Part shown: one piece after another, positions 38,004 to 51,503 of the stretch
Layout of the letters: every line of letters starts with the position of its first letter
Numbering within the stretch: position 1 is the stretch's first letter
Assembly: GCA_002633005.1 (NCBI GenBank)
Contig: NMRA01000491.1
Location: forward strand, 141,321-205,320
Origin: Phoronis australis
Taxonomy: Eukaryota; Animalia; Phoronida
Length of the DNA stretch: 64,000 bases
Direction of reading: 5' to 3'
Made by a program: the position numbers and the translations under genes
The notes under the pieces: model-generated
Told to the model about the DNA's origin: nothing
Databases searched by the model: none
What the model saw: only the letters and a program-made list of their open reading frames with translations

Positions 38004-38833
38004 TTACATGGTGAAAACAAATTTCTCCAAGTGTGTTGCTTTGTTTCGTTATTCGCACGCTACAGATCAGGTGCAATGTGAAATTTGCACAAAACATGTA
38101 TTTTGGAATGGCTGGAAACTTATTGCTAAAATCAGAAACAAGATGGTGCCGTGGCGGCCATTTTCCCTATTTTGGTTGTGGGGGGAGTCTTAGCTCTGCC
38201 TTTTCTGGTGTGATTTTTTTATTTTTCTTTCAGTAGACCATCGAAAGAGCTCTCGCAAGTGTTTTATTAGTTTTTCGCAGTCTTTCTGTTCTTGAGTTAT
38301 TTAAAATTTTCCGTGTACTGGTCTCAAATTGAGTTTTTGTGCCATATATTCGAGGTTCCTTGACTTATCTGTCCGAAATTTGGTTTGGTCATCTTTTCAA
38401 GCGCCGTCAGCATTGTGAAAGCCATTTTTTGATGCAAATTACGGTTCTTGTGATATTCAAGATTTATTGCTCAGATGACTGTTCTTTTCTCTACTACCAT
38501 TTGTAGCTGCACTTTGTTATCCTATCATATTTGTGCTAGAGATCGCATTTTTCCTCTGATCGACATGAAGTTTAAGTACATTGTTTACTTAGTCAAAGGC
38601 TCAAGATATTTAAGTTGTTCTTGGGCGAAATTGGACGAAAGATGGTGCTGTGATGGCCATTTCTCGACCAAACCTTTTTTTAAATCCCGTATGTAAATAG
38701 ATCTCCCGAGAGGATATCTAGTACGTTGGTGTAATAAGCGTGTGATGTCATGCTTGTTGACGTCCTCAGTTTCATCGTCGATCTCACCTTTTATTCAATT
38801 TCACCAAATGTTACTCTTCAGAGCGTTTTCATT
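38004..38833 (+). mobile_element. Older, diverged HINE/DINE-1-like copy downstream of the PIGZ stop
   Basis: Starts ttacatggtgaaaacaaatttctccaagt and ends aatttcaccaaatgttactcttcagagcgttttcattt, both degenerate versions of the family termini. Confidence 0.65.
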
Positions 38834-41535
38834 TTAAAACCTAAGTTCTGTGAAATTTTATAATTATAGATGTATTGGGCCAAAAGGTAGTTCTATCAAA
38901 CCAGTAGCTAAGTATGCAAATCTACGCCCGTCAAATGATAGGTGAAGCTGCTTTCCCGTGCCATGTTGCGTCACTGCAAGATCCCAGCACTAACAACAAA
39001 AGGCCGATAAAAGTTGTATTGAATAAGGGTCTGAATAGAACACCATTGCATGCGGGTGTTTTTCAGAGCAGTTGGAATTAAAAAGCGATTCTCGCGGTGA
39101 CGTAGACAAAAGCAAGACATTGCGCTTAACAGTTTGTTACATTTGGCAATTTATACTCAGAGCGATGCTCTTAAAATGCTGTAGGGCACCAAATTTACAG
39201 GTGTTACCCTTCAAGATGGGCTTTAATGTCAATATTAATGTCTGAAAGAGACCTTCCCAATATGAAGAGTTGTTACAACTGACCAAAAGAGATTATATAG
39301 ACATTAGACAACAAACGTTCTAGCAACAGTTCACCATGGTCAGTAGACGGTGTGCTGTTTAGATGTTTTCTGTGAAGTAGAAGTCTTAGTCAAATATTTT
39401 GATGTATTCAGTGATGCTTTTGATGTTTTTAAGCTTTATGTTTTGATATCGATATAGCTATTTTGCGCACTTCAGGAATACACGTTTATGTAAATTAAAT
39501 GAGTTTTCTTCATACGGTCGTATAGTATATTCTACATACATTAGTTGTGAACATAGCAGTCTACATGACATTGTTATCTGGGTTCAATGGCATGAAAGTT
39601 CTAACCTAGACCACTGTACATGACTGAAGACAACCGACTCTCCAGTCCAGTAACAGTTTGCCATTGCCAATAGATGGCGCTGTTTGTCAACCTGATCTCT
39701 AGCATGAGCCTGTTACTTCCTCTCCTAATCTCAATTGTGCTATGACATTTTCTTGAACTTTCACCGTTAATGACAGTTAGAAGTTTCATAATCCATCCTA
39801 TTGCTTTGGTTGTCGGTTGTCTCCAGTCTTTACTCCACCTGGTGGAAGATTTTTTAATCTCAACACGTTCAACAAAATGTGTGTAACGCACATGTACCGT
39901 ATGTTTGAGCTTTTAACTTCCCACTTTAAAAACCCCAAGCAGCGCCAGCTAGGTAAAGGAAAAATCGGAAACTTCAAAAGGTAATAGAACAAGTGTATCT
40001 CCCCACTGAACCTAATAATGAATGCCATTTGGTTCATGTCGTACGTAATTAGGACTACTAACTTGCCACTTGCATTCTAAGACATTAAATGAATTTTTCT
40101 GAAGATGGCACTGCACTAATATAAGCTGAAGTAAGGTAAAATGGTGAAACGTCCATAAGTTAGATCCCACAAGACGATCAAATTTTATCCGAAGGTGCAC
40201 TAACCAGAACTTGCCCAATTTAAGCCAAGCTCTGACTTGCACGTGTCCAACTAACGCTTTTATGTTGAGGACGCTAGTTGTTGGTCTTTCACAAACACCT
40301 GTACACACAACCGGCCTACTTGCAGAATGATAAAAATCATAAGCAAAAAGTATCATAGCACGAGTTAGAACAGTTTAAGCTTCAAATCTCATTTAAACAA
40401 TTAACTGTTGCATATCGAATTCCTACCATTAACATCAATTTGATGGGTAACAATTATCAAAAATGACCACTGAATAGTTTTAAGCAATGTATCCCTCACT
40501 TGAGTAGTCTGACTGCCTGAACTTCACGCTAATGTATTTCTGTATAAAATGGAACATAAAATCATATTTTCAAAGGCAAGCACATATTTCTCATTAACAA
40601 CGGACACAGGTGGTATTGCACAAACAATCAATAGAGGTCACTACCATGCAACATTGTCTCCATCATTTCTACCTAGTAATTTCAATGTTGCACAACGCTC
40701 GATTGGTTAACATCTGAGAGGCCTCTAGTTTCATGTAGAAAAGTAACAACCTGGAGTCTCTAACTCCTTGCAGGCCAGCTATTGTTCAAATTAAAACGAG
40801 TATTGTTGAATGGAAGTTAACAAGACGGTTATATCATGTCCAAGCAATACCACCTCATCACAACCACATCTATGCTTTGAATGTAACAGTTAAGAATAAC
40901 ATACAGTTGGTAAAAATCTGATCTTTTCCTTAAAAATATTACGTAAAATATCCATCATTCATTCTTTATATACATTATATACAATGTAACTATTTACAGT
41001 AAAACGCCCACGTTCACGCTGTCTTAACATCCCCAAACTAAAGACGTTTTCAGGTCTGAGAGAGCTTAAACAGCCAGCTTATAATACAAATCTCCTTGTA
41101 CACTGTGTGCATTGACACAAAGTTTCTATCAGAACACTCAACAGACACGTCTTTTCCAATTTAGAACAACAGTGGCTGTTGACTTTCTTCTGTTGCATAA
41201 GTCACACACATTTCGTAACTTTTAGCACAATTCCAAGCAAGAAGAAAACCTTGTGTTAAACTAAACACACCGTGGAAAAATTGCACACTATACATGGGAG
41301 CTTCCCACCAAAACGGGGCAGTTTGAGTTAGGAGATGTTAGGTATAGCTTTAAAAACATTCGAAGTATTAAGTTGTAATAAAAAAACACTCCTAACTGGA
41401 AAGGTTATGTGGTGCACTTCCGCACCAAATACTGAGAAGTCATCTCATCACAATGATCTCTCTGTTTAGATTACATTGACCAATAACCAGAGGACTTGCT
41501 TCACTTGGCTATCACAGCTACCAATCAGGAGCCTT

Positions 41536-41772
41536 CTAGCTCATGTTGATGTCATCGTCCAGATGATTGACAGGTGATGACAGCATGGGGTCTGCTGTGA
41601 TTGGTGAGTCCTCATACAGAATGTCTTCGAGAGTCCGCATGTGCATTTGCGCTGGCGACTCCTGCTTGACTGTGACCTGGGTCTGGGTCATCTGAGGGTT
41701 GACAGGGGTCAGCAGACTCTGGCTGGTAGGGGGTGTGTTAATACCGTTAGCTTTCATCATCATTTCAAGTTG
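41536..41772 (-). CDS. MITF: MiT/TFE bHLH-ZIP factor, last exon
   Basis: ttcag|QLEMMMKANGI...VKQE...LEDILYEDSPITADPMLSS...NMS*. Matches MiT QELEMQARAHG, IKQE and LEDIL..DPLLSS. Confidence 0.92.
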   Translation of the reverse strand, partial: QLEMMMKANGINTPPTSQSLLTPVNPQMTQTQVTVKQESPAQMHMRTLEDILYEDSPITADPMLSSPVNHLDDDINMS

Positions 41773-42258
41773 CTGAAATAGCAAAGAAACAAGGGTAAAC
41801 ATTTAAGAAACCACGAAAGCCAACTCGGTGTCCAATGAACCACCAAATGGTTCTCAAAACCACTAAAATACAGACCAATGACATCCACCCCTTGACACAT
41901 GAAATCTGAAATTTTACTCCAAGTGTACTGCAAAACAAGTCAAATAACAAGTCGAATCTTGAGTAAAGTCTAGTGGCCTCATGACCAGGAGTTTTAGACT
42001 ACAGAAGAACTTAACACTAGAAATATCAGAAACTATGTAAACAAAAAAAGTTCTACAGAAAAGTACTTTCAGTGTCAGGGAATGTTGAAGAATAAAAAGA
42101 CGAACTTTCCAAGTTAGAAGGCCTTAAATATGTCGTGCAAATTACAAAGATAATACACACGTAAAAACCTATTTTTGCAAGTATAAGCTTCACTGAATAT
42201 CATATATGTTCCAGAAAATTCAGCTTTACATCTGGAGGCGGGAGGGAGTGTTGTATAC

Positions 42259-42406
42259 CTGGAGCCTCAGCATCATCATTCTGTTGGTGTTCTCCAAAGC
42301 ACGGTGTTTGTCCTCCATTTGACGCATGCGATCTTGGTCTTTACGAAGTTTTCTAATGTAGTCCACCGACGCCTTCAAGATGGTACCCTTGTTCTGCCGG
42401 AAATCC
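42259..42406 (-). CDS. MITF: MiT/TFE bHLH-ZIP factor, helix 2 and leucine-zipper exon
   Basis: 148 nt, (P)DFRQNKGTILKASVDYIRKLRKDQDRMRQMEDKHRALENTNRMMMLRLQ; canonical splice sites, phase 2-0. Confidence 0.97.
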
Positions 42407-43544
42407 CTGAAGAATGCAACACGTTACTTACACTCACTTCACCGTGCGTCGGCCATGTTTAGCGGCTACTCATAACTTATTTTCATTTTCCCTTAGTTTT
42501 CCATCATAAAATATTCACATTCCATCAGTTATTTTTGCTACAAGAAGTAGACAAATGTGCAATATCATAAAATTCTTAAACCGGCGTGGAAATGTATATC
42601 GCTAACATTTTAAGTTGGGTGAGCACGCCACCTGTGGTAACATCACGTGACCTAATGAATATAAGTGTGGAAAGATCTCTGCCCAAACCGTAGACAAATG
42701 GTAATTTTCAGCAACCAGTGTAATCAGCCACAACTGAACGCATGATCCTCACTTCCAAAATCAACAGAGAATTTTAATGCACAAATTGTCCAAGAGTTTC
42801 CAAACATGAAAAATATTTTTTCCATGTTATCCAAGATGAGTGGAGCCAACACCAATCCACTTTTATTTTCACACAGTGTTTCCCAGACCTCCATGTTTCT
42901 TGAAATTGCTAATCTCCTTTTTTCCTTTCTCAGTTGGACCAGAATTGCTTGGAATTGAAGCTAAACAGGATCTTACAGGTTTTCACAAAAAACGTTTTTT
43001 TTTTCCAAAACACGTTGTTGTCATGGACAGTTGAATGGCAATGTTTTAGATTTTTCTAGGGCCATTGATTAAACTTTTCTATGATTATTGTTGGAGAAAG
43101 CAAGATCACATGGCCATGGGGATTTTTTGAAATCTGATCAAAGATCATGATTTGTTTAGATGAAAAAAAAATGACTTTGAACTTAAACACTGCATTACTT
43201 AGCCAAGTGAAGACTCATCACGTTCATCACCAGGTGGCTCTGATCATCGTTTGCATCATTCTCACACAACTACATTATTGATATGCCGACAGATAGTAAA
43301 CAATAAGCAAAAAAACACAAACTGTTCAAACTTTCAATCCACTTTAAGTCTCTCCATAACAAATACACACAAGATTGAGAAAAATGAATTAAAAATTCCT
43401 TTTTCAATATTCTTTCAAAACAACGGTGTTTATATTCAAGCACTAAGAACGGTTAAAAACCACAGGAAGACAACACTATTGTTACAATTTCTGATTAACT
43501 TCAATGCAAAATTTTAAAATATTAGCACCCCCCGAAATATTAGT

Positions 43545-43603
43545 GTTTGAGCCTGGGTCTCCCAAGCAATAGTTTGGTGCTCAAACTACTGAGCCGCGCT
43601 ATC
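43545..43603 (-). mobile_element. Decayed tRNA-derived SINE head
   Basis: Minus strand gatagcgcggctcagtagtttgagc...gagacccaggctcaaac, with A-box and B-box-like motifs. Confidence 0.4.
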
Positions 43604-43664
43604 TCCTCTATACAAGATCACGACTACAAAATCAATACATCAATAACTTTGAGCGGATACGTAC

Positions 43665-43740
43665 GGGTCATTAGTCTTAGGCAGGAGAGTTCCCAGTTCT
43701 TTAATTCGGTCATTTATGTTGAATCTTCGCCGTCTTTCAA
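43665..43740 (-). CDS. MITF: MiT/TFE bHLH-ZIP factor, basic region and helix 1 exon
   Basis: 76 nt, (I)[24 protein letters not shown](P); phase 1-2. Confidence 0.97.
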
Positions 43741-45356
43741 CTGAAACAAAAGAAGGCATTGGTAGTACAAAACTGATGAAAATTTTCCCAACACAACCAC
43801 AACCTCAAATATGTTCAAGTTTCAGATTTATTAATTTTACACACTAACAAAGCATGAATTTTCATAATCAAACTTGTATGCAGGTCATTAATAACACAAT
43901 CCCAAAATATCAGGGTACTGTCAGAGGAAATAGTTTTAAATGCAGAACTGCAGGCAGTTAAAGTAACAAAATAATATATTCAATGCCACCACTGGTTCAT
44001 TGGGGCTAACAGTGTACATAAGCCCGCGTTTGTTTGGGACCAAACCTGTGTATGTGAAGCTTCAGTGATATTCAGAATTAGGCATATTTGGCTACATGCG
44101 AAACGTTTGAGCAAGAACCAAAGAGAGATTTAAGATAAAATGCGAGTGGAAGTTCAACATTAACTATTTAATACATGAAAAGTACAGAAAACAGACAAAA
44201 ATCCCATAGAAAATACACGAATTACGACAGGCAGATGTACATCTGCACCAGTAAGACAGTGAAGGTTCATACGCAAGAGCCTACGCGCGTAAAAAAATAT
44301 TTTTGAAAACACTATTTTGGATACAGGAACATGGCCTGAACTGAACATATACAGTGCTTATTTGTCGTGGACAACTCGACATATGGCACTGTCAGAACAA
44401 ATTGACGAATAACTTTCGCACCATCTCCAATGAAATAGTTGAATAAATTGCAGTTCATCAGAGGAACCATTTAACGATCTGCAGTTGAGCAACATCAAAA
44501 ACACCAGCATGGAATACAGGTGTACATGACACAAAAGATACGCCAGGACAGTGGTAATGCACAGTCTTAGTCAAATCAAGTGCACTGAAATCTCATTCTC
44601 AGTGTGGGCACATTTAGCTTTAGTGACACTGATCAAAGTGACTGATGGTCACATCAGTATCCTCTATTAATATACACTGTCTTCATTTTAGCTACGGTAG
44701 CTGTCTAAAGTATACAAATGCACGGTCATATGAAAAATCAGTCCACAAAGGTTTTGTCTGCTATTTCGAGAACCTGAAAAAAGTGTTTTTAAGTTAAATT
44801 TATCTCAATAGTCGGCTTATTTTATGATACGATTTCACTAATCTGATGACTATTTAACAAGCATGGTTTAAGCTACTTTTGAGATAAGAGAAAATATTAC
44901 TTCCTCCAAATCTGAATTTTGATGGCAATAATTTATAAAATCAGACTGCTGGTAGATGCGTTCTTAATGCAGACTGCACACCAAAAGTATTTTGTCAAAA
45001 TGACCATTTCCCTGTAATGACAGCAAATTCTTATACATGAAACCTGACTAGCAGTGACCCATCATTTTGGCAAAATCTTATCTACAAAGTATCATTTTCA
45101 CTTTGTTAGCTTTCCCGTGCAGTGCTCATCATTTCGCGTCACAATGGACGGCTGCTACGACAGTCAATATTCATTTGTTCATTTGTTCACTTCCTTTAAA
45201 CTGGAAATTGCAAGTCATCATATCCGATGGCGGGTATTGCAGATGGTAATGCATATTTATGAAAAGGAAGACGATTCATAAATTAAATTTTCACACTTCC
45301 CAAAAACCTTAAAATGAAAGATTGCTCAGCACAAAGAGAACGTTTTACCCCAAATG

Positions 45357-45537
45357 CACATCCTGACAGACACAACCAGCTCACACAAGTATTATTGGGA
45401 TCACATCCTGACAGACACAACCATCTCACACAAGTATTATTGGGATCACATCCTGACAGACACAACCATCTCACACAAGTATTATTGGGATCACATCCTG
45501 ACAGACACAACCAGCTCACACAAGTATTATTGGGATC
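45357..45537. repeat. 45-bp minisatellite, 4 copies
   Basis: tcacatcctgacagacacaaccatctcacacaagtattattggga units. Explains the ORFs at 45283-45578. Confidence 0.95.
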
Positions 45538-45618
45538 TTCACCTATATGAGACTATCACACTACCACATTTATTTTGAAGATTTAGCTTAACACACGCCT
45601 CGTAAATGTACAACTCAC

Positions 45619-45796
45619 TCATGTTATGACTGTCTTTCTTTTGTCTGTCTTTGGCCCACATCCTCATCTCTTCTTCACTCACGAACGGCGACGGCTCAGG
45701 TTTGACGGTAAGGTTGGCTGGGCAAGAGGTGGAGCTGTTGGTTGGGGTGGTGCTGCCGTCGAATACTCGCATGTGACTGTTACCGTTGTGGGGAAG
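45619..45796 (-). CDS. MITF: MiT/TFE bHLH-ZIP factor, exon with 14-3-3 site, SUMO site and start of the basic region
   Basis: 178 nt, LPHNGNSH...SSTSCPANLTVKPEPSPFVSEEEMRMWAKDRQKKDSHNM(I)|gtgagt; phase 0-1. Confidence 0.95.
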
Positions 45797-46892
45797 CTGA
45801 AGAATGAGACAGGGCTATAATGTATACGAGGTGATATTAGCGAAGGCACATAGTACACGCATACTGTGGGGGAGAGGGATGAGGGATACAGGTTAATATT
45901 ACCTCCAGCATGACTAGGGTTACAGCGGCTCATTATGTTCTGACATGGATACCATAGCAACCGCCAGTGAATATCAATCAGAGCATAAGAATGTATGGAC
46001 TCCACTGTAAAGATGTTAGGAAACAATGCAAGTTGAAACACTGATGGGCATGCCTGATATCAAGCTACAAATAACAATGACCTTTGACACAGGTCAGAAT
46101 ATAGAGGGCTAAACAGGAACAACTCAGTTTATTCTGAAAACCTGTCAGGGTTCAGGGACAGGGGGCATCATTTTATGTTTTGACAGCCTCACACAGTGTC
46201 TTGGAGACCATGTTTGACTGTTGCAATTGTCTGCTCAGACAAGAATAATTTACCTACTTCCAGCATAATGTAATATAATTGCTCGAGAGCTTGATGACTT
46301 ATTCCAGGCAACTGACTACCTCATCCACCAATGGTCTCATTTCATCAAATATCTAATTTTCAAATCCTTGATGATCACAGAAAAGAATTATATGAATGAA
46401 AATAATGTCCTGCAGACGATCCAATTCACACGATTATATATTTTCATAACCCTAATACTTCACGGTCATGCAGAATAAAGTAACTTACAGACTAGCAAAT
46501 TCTGTTTCAGTAAATTACCACATGCAATGATGAGTCTGGGATCTTAGCATAAGAATTTGTCTTCTACAATGAAGATCGTCTTCAGCACCTTGTGAAAAGT
46601 GCACAACGAAACGAAACGGTTTCCGTTCCAAGATAAGAACTAATATCCAAATGTCATGCCATGATTACAGGTTCCAGGTCAGTTCATACGTAAAAACTGC
46701 CTAACAAAAGGAGCAAGGTCGACAGATGAACAGATGTCAACCCGTACCAGCGCCCTTAGCTACAACTGACACAGCTGAATATGGAAGCCCTAACCACCAT
46801 TTACATGTAGGCTGAACTAAATTGAAACACCTGGAGTTTCAGTAATTAACTTTCATCTGGGAGAGTATAAAGTCAAGTCATATAAACGCTTT

Positions 46893-47095
46893 TTTAAATG
46901 AAAACAAAATGGCTGCCACATCCGCCATCTTGGATCCGATTGTGACGTAAAACAACAGGCTTCCAGTGCTTCCAAAACTACGTGTTATGAGTAAATTTGT
47001 GATGATTGGACGAAAATTGCAACCTGTATCGTGCGAACAAAAAAAAAACCTTAGTGACAGAGCAACATACTTGGCGAAATTTATTTCACCAAGTA
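46893..47095 (-). mobile_element. Truncated HINE/DINE-1-like copy (5' end only)
   Basis: Matches about 9895-10127, including the tacttggcgaaatttatttcaccaagta terminus. Confidence 0.8.
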
Positions 47096-47233
47096 AAAAC
47101 AATAATTATTAGCACAGCCTCAGAAATCGCTTTCGCATTATTGGCAGATTTTCATTCACTCCTTTGCACATATTCACTAGTAAGACAAAGCTCAAAGGAG
47201 TGAGACACTTCAAGTGTATTGACTGCCAATAAA

Positions 47234-47298
47234 GCCAGGATTTGAACCAGAGTCTCCCAAATGTCAGCATAGTGCTCTAACCACTGTGACACACTGCC
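47234..47298 (-). mobile_element. tRNA-derived SINE head
   Basis: Minus strand ggcagtgtgtcacagtggttagagca...ctggttcaaatcctggc contains Pol III A and B boxes but no intact cloverleaf. Confidence 0.5.
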
Positions 47299-47367
47299 TT
47301 CACATAAACACTTACTTTGTCATTTTTAAAAACTTAGATAAACACCCAAAGGCTCAATCCAAAAAGT

Positions 47368-49272
47368 GTAAATAAAAGACAATATCTGGAAGACAAAAAA
47401 TCTTACTTTGCATAGGGAAATCCTGAAGATAACAATTCTCCTCAGAACGAATAAAATCGATCAGAAATTATCAATAGCCCAACTGTGTTCGTAACAGGTG
47501 TGCGTATCAATGAATATTACCTGTGCTCATCGAGGGGGTAAATTTTGTTATCAAAAATATTATGATCAGTAAATAAGGCCATTTTTCATCGGTCTCCCTC
47601 AGCCGAATGTCTATAGACTGAAGAATTAAATTATTTGCAATTACCAGTGACTATTTCAACTCATATGAAAGTACTGATAAGAATGTGAAACATACTGACA
47701 GCAGGTAGCACAAGCCACAGTCACAGGTCACCGAACACAGGGAGACTTCAACAGACAAGGATGTCATCATCGAATATTCATGTACAAAACAATTTGAAAC
47801 ATTACATGTTTTCACCACGCAATGCGCAGAGTGACAGTAATACCATCTACATTAAGGCAGAGTGAATCACAGAGTCGCAATCTGACAGAATCTTCACTTA
47901 AGGAGCACAGTTGGAAAAATGTTTTCTAACACTTTGAGATCCTATCCCTCACATTGAAATACAATAAGAATAATTTAATTAAGAAAATGAAACTGAATGG
48001 CACCTAAAATTACAGATTCTGAAATGCTTTCACAAAAAAGCTATACACTCCTTAGAAATTTTTAATCTTTTTACACCTTTTCCCGACAAGATTCAGATAA
48101 GAAATTTGAGAAGAAACCTTTGGAACAAGATTGCAAATAAAACTAACAGAGTTACCTATTAAAATTATTCAACATTTTCCTGCATTTCAGACTAGTGTAG
48201 ATACACTAGCCATAGTTATTGTAATCCCAATCTACAGTAAATGTTTCGCTATGTGTACATACGGCCTGCGACCAGCATTCTCATGGCTAAGTACTGACAT
48301 ACACATAGTTAACTTCAACNGTAAATATAAGACAATATCTGGAAGAAAAAATCTTACTTTGTATTGGGAAATCCTGAAGACAGCAATTCTTCTCAGAAAG
48401 AATAAAATCGATCAGAAATTATCAATAACCCAACTGTGTTCGTAACAGGTGTACATATCAATGAATATTATCGGTGCTCATCGAGGGGGTAAATTTTGTT
48501 ATCAAAAATATTATGATCAGTAAATAAGGCCATTTCTCATCGCTCTCCCTGGGCCGAATGTCTATAGACTGAAGAATTAAATTATTTGCAATTACCAGTG
48601 TCTTTTTCAACCCATTTGAAAGTGCTGATAAAAATGTGAAACAGATACTGACAGCAAGTAGCACAAGCCACAGTTACAGGTCACCGAACACAGGGAGACT
48701 TCAACAGACAAGGATGTCATCATCGAATATTCATGTACAAAACAATTTGAAACATTACATGTTTTCACCACGCAATGCGCAGAGTGTCAGTAATATCATC
48801 TATATTAAGGCAGAATGAATCACAGAGTCGCAATCTGACGGAATCTTCACTTAAGGAGCACAGTTGGAAAAATGTTTTCTAACACTTTGAGATCCTATCC
48901 CTCACATTGAAATACAATAAGAATAATTTAATTAAGAAAATGAAACTGAATGGCACCTAAAATTACAGATTCTGAAATGCTTTCACAAAAAAGCTATACT
49001 CTCCTTAGAAATTTTTAATCTTTTTAAACCTTTTCCCGACAAGATTCAGATAAGAAATTTGAGAAGAAACCTTTGGAACAAGATTGCAAATAAAACTAAC
49101 AGAGTTACCTATTAAAATTATTGAAGATTTTCCTGCATTTCAGAATAGTGTAGATACACTAGCCACAGTTATTATAATCCCAACCTACAGTAAATGTTTC
49201 ACTATGTGTACCTACGACCTGCGACCAGCATTCTCATGGCTAAGTACTGACATACACATAGTTAACTTCAAC
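47368..49272. repeat. 952-bp tandem duplication split by a single N (probable haplotype or assembly artefact)
   Basis: 47368-48319 and 48321-49272 are co-linear with scattered substitutions, and the junction is the N at 48320. Confidence 0.85.
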
Positions 49273-50185
49273 ACCGTGAGATCAAGGGCACATTTCCACA
49301 GAAATAAGTTTGCTTTTTTTCCAAAAATTTGTCGAGCTACTTTTTCCTCTAAAATTAGTTGATCTCCTGAGCATTTAATGAATAATACTTCAGTTCCATT
49401 GTCTCAAATCTTTAGCAGTAGTGACACTTAAGTGGAAACATTTCTAAATATCACACGAATTGTAATCAAATAACTTAAAAAATGTGTAAAATCTGTCTCT
49501 TGTTAACTGCAGTGGTCTTCCTGTTCAACTGTCTGATAATTACAGAACATTGCAGTACATGTAAGCTTAGCTTATATCACCAGCATCTTGAAAAACATTC
49601 AAAGGTTGAAGCCAAAAAAATCTAAACAGAAGTGGTTCTTGCATGCAGAGTAGTATGGCTGAGTCAAAAGCAAAATCTAATCAAATCCTCGACTAGAGAA
49701 AAACTTGCCATTCTAACGGACACATTTTACCAAATTTCATAAGTCCAATGCAAGAACAGTGACGAATTACTCATACAAGTCTTAAAGTGACAAATTTTTA
49801 ATTTGTTTTCAAGACTTTTAAACTCAGACACAAACCATTATTGTGACCTCTGACACGACTACCACTAATAGTGTGCTCACATGTGACCTTTGACCTCACA
49901 GCTTTGAACGGAGTGCTCACAGGGTTAGGCAAGTAGAAATGAGACAAAGTAATATCAGAAAAAAGAATAAGAACAGAAGGTTGGTTCATGACGTCAAAAG
50001 TTGACCTATGTCAAATATGGCAAGGATCTTTAACACTGGTTTGGACCACTGACCTGGTGAAGGTCCCTAAATGTGGCGAAAGGTGTGTAGCCTAAACCTA
50101 ATCCCAAGCCCTGCGCTGCCTGCATGGAGTTACAGCCTTGTGTCAGCTTACAGTCTTGTAAACAAAGTAAGATATCAGTACTCAC

Positions 50186-50293
50186 CGTCTGTGACATTTG
50201 TGAGAAAGTTGGCTCAATCATCTGCAGGTCGCTGTCGATCTTAGAGGGGTCAACACTCTCCAGTGTGATAAAGTCAGTCAAGAAATCATCCGT
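50186..50293 (-). CDS. MITF: MiT/TFE factor, acidic transactivation (CR1-like) exon
   Basis: 108 nt, TDDFLTDFITLESVDPSKIDSDLQMIEPTFSQMSQT|gtgagt. Resembles MITF MDDVIDDIISLESS; phase 0-0. Confidence 0.9.
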
Positions 50294-51028
50294 CTGAAGA
50301 CAAAACAATGTTACGGTTAACGAGGACTACTGAGGGGAGATACCCACAAAACGCTGCCACTTGTTGGAGATGAATAATCACTAATTTACTCACAACTCAT
50401 CTGACAGTGCAGGTTCTCCAATGTGTTCACCACCATCAGCCAACAGGGACACTGATGCACCAGCCAAGATTAGTTGATAATGCTGAGACTATCAACAGGA
50501 TTTACGTACAAACTCAGTTATCACTCGCTCATCTTATACTGTTACTGCACCGTATTGTTTCACTATCACATAATCCAAGGGCATTATCAACTTTTCACAT
50601 TTAAAATACAAAGACCATTGGAATTATTCAATAACGAAATGACAATTCTTGCAAATAGATCTCCATGCGAGTACTCAGAATACCATAAATCACCAAAACA
50701 TCCTGACATTTATCTATTTTTCGCTATTGTAAAGAAATCTTTCTTAACGGCATTGTGTGAAACAGTCACCAATTCATGAATGACTTCTTCTGTAAAAGGC
50801 CGATAGAAACTAATTCCTGATAAAATGATGGCTGACAGGCACAGCTGAACAGACAAATTTGCTATATGACCCAGCAAGGTGTTTATTTATGTTATGAGAT
50901 TTCCACGAGTTTTCACACTTGAACAGTTTCCAAATAATATTTTTCATTTTTTTATTTTTTACGGTATAGTTCCTCCATTACTACATAGTCCAATCAACTA
51001 CCAGTTTCCGTTTCTACAAAGTACTTAC

Positions 51029-51259
51029 ATCAGAGACACTTGTGGCAGCACTATTCATCCCGACGGACAGAGGACTGTCGGGGTCAGGCACGCTACTACT
51101 GTGGTGACGAGGTGCGCCACTAGAGGCGTTGGTGGTCGTGTTCATCACAGGCAATGACTGTATTGTGGGGTTATGCCCCTGTGACAGGTACATCTGTATT
51201 TGTCGGCGTGCATTCTCTTGCACATGGTACTTGGTAGGGTGCGCTAGTTGTGTGGTCAC
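51029..51259 (-). CDS. MITF: MiT/TFE factor, N-terminal conserved-domain exon
   Basis: 231 nt, VTTQLAHPTKYHVQENARRQIQMYLS...PDSPLS...SVSD|gtaagt. Matches [26 protein letters not shown] and PNSP. Confidence 0.93.
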
Positions 51260-51372
51260 CTGAATAGGGAGAGACAGTTGTAAACAATGCATAGGCAGAG
51301 AGAGTTATAAACAATGCATCGCCAGACACCACTGTAAACTTACGTAGTATTATTATGCTTTAAAGTACACAT

Positions 51373-51503
51373 GCAAGTGGATAAAAATGAATAAACAACA
51401 TTATCTATCAAAGACATTCACCATTAGAATAAAGAGCAAGTGGATAAAAATGAATAAACAACATTACCTCAACAAAGACATTCACCATTAGAATAAAGAG
51501 CAA
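51373..51503. repeat. About 63-bp near-perfect tandem duplication
   Basis: gcaagtggataaaaatgaataaacaacatta...cattcaccattagaataaaga x2. Confidence 0.9.

Noticed and set aside
43545-47298. Two tRNA-like sequences as tRNA genes
   Set aside because: Only A and B boxes remain, with no acceptor or anticodon stems, so they are treated as SINE heads.
47368-49272. 952-bp tandem duplication as a biological event
   Set aside because: The junction is exactly a single N and the copies differ by allele-like substitutions, which is typical of two haplotype contig ends joined in a draft scaffold.
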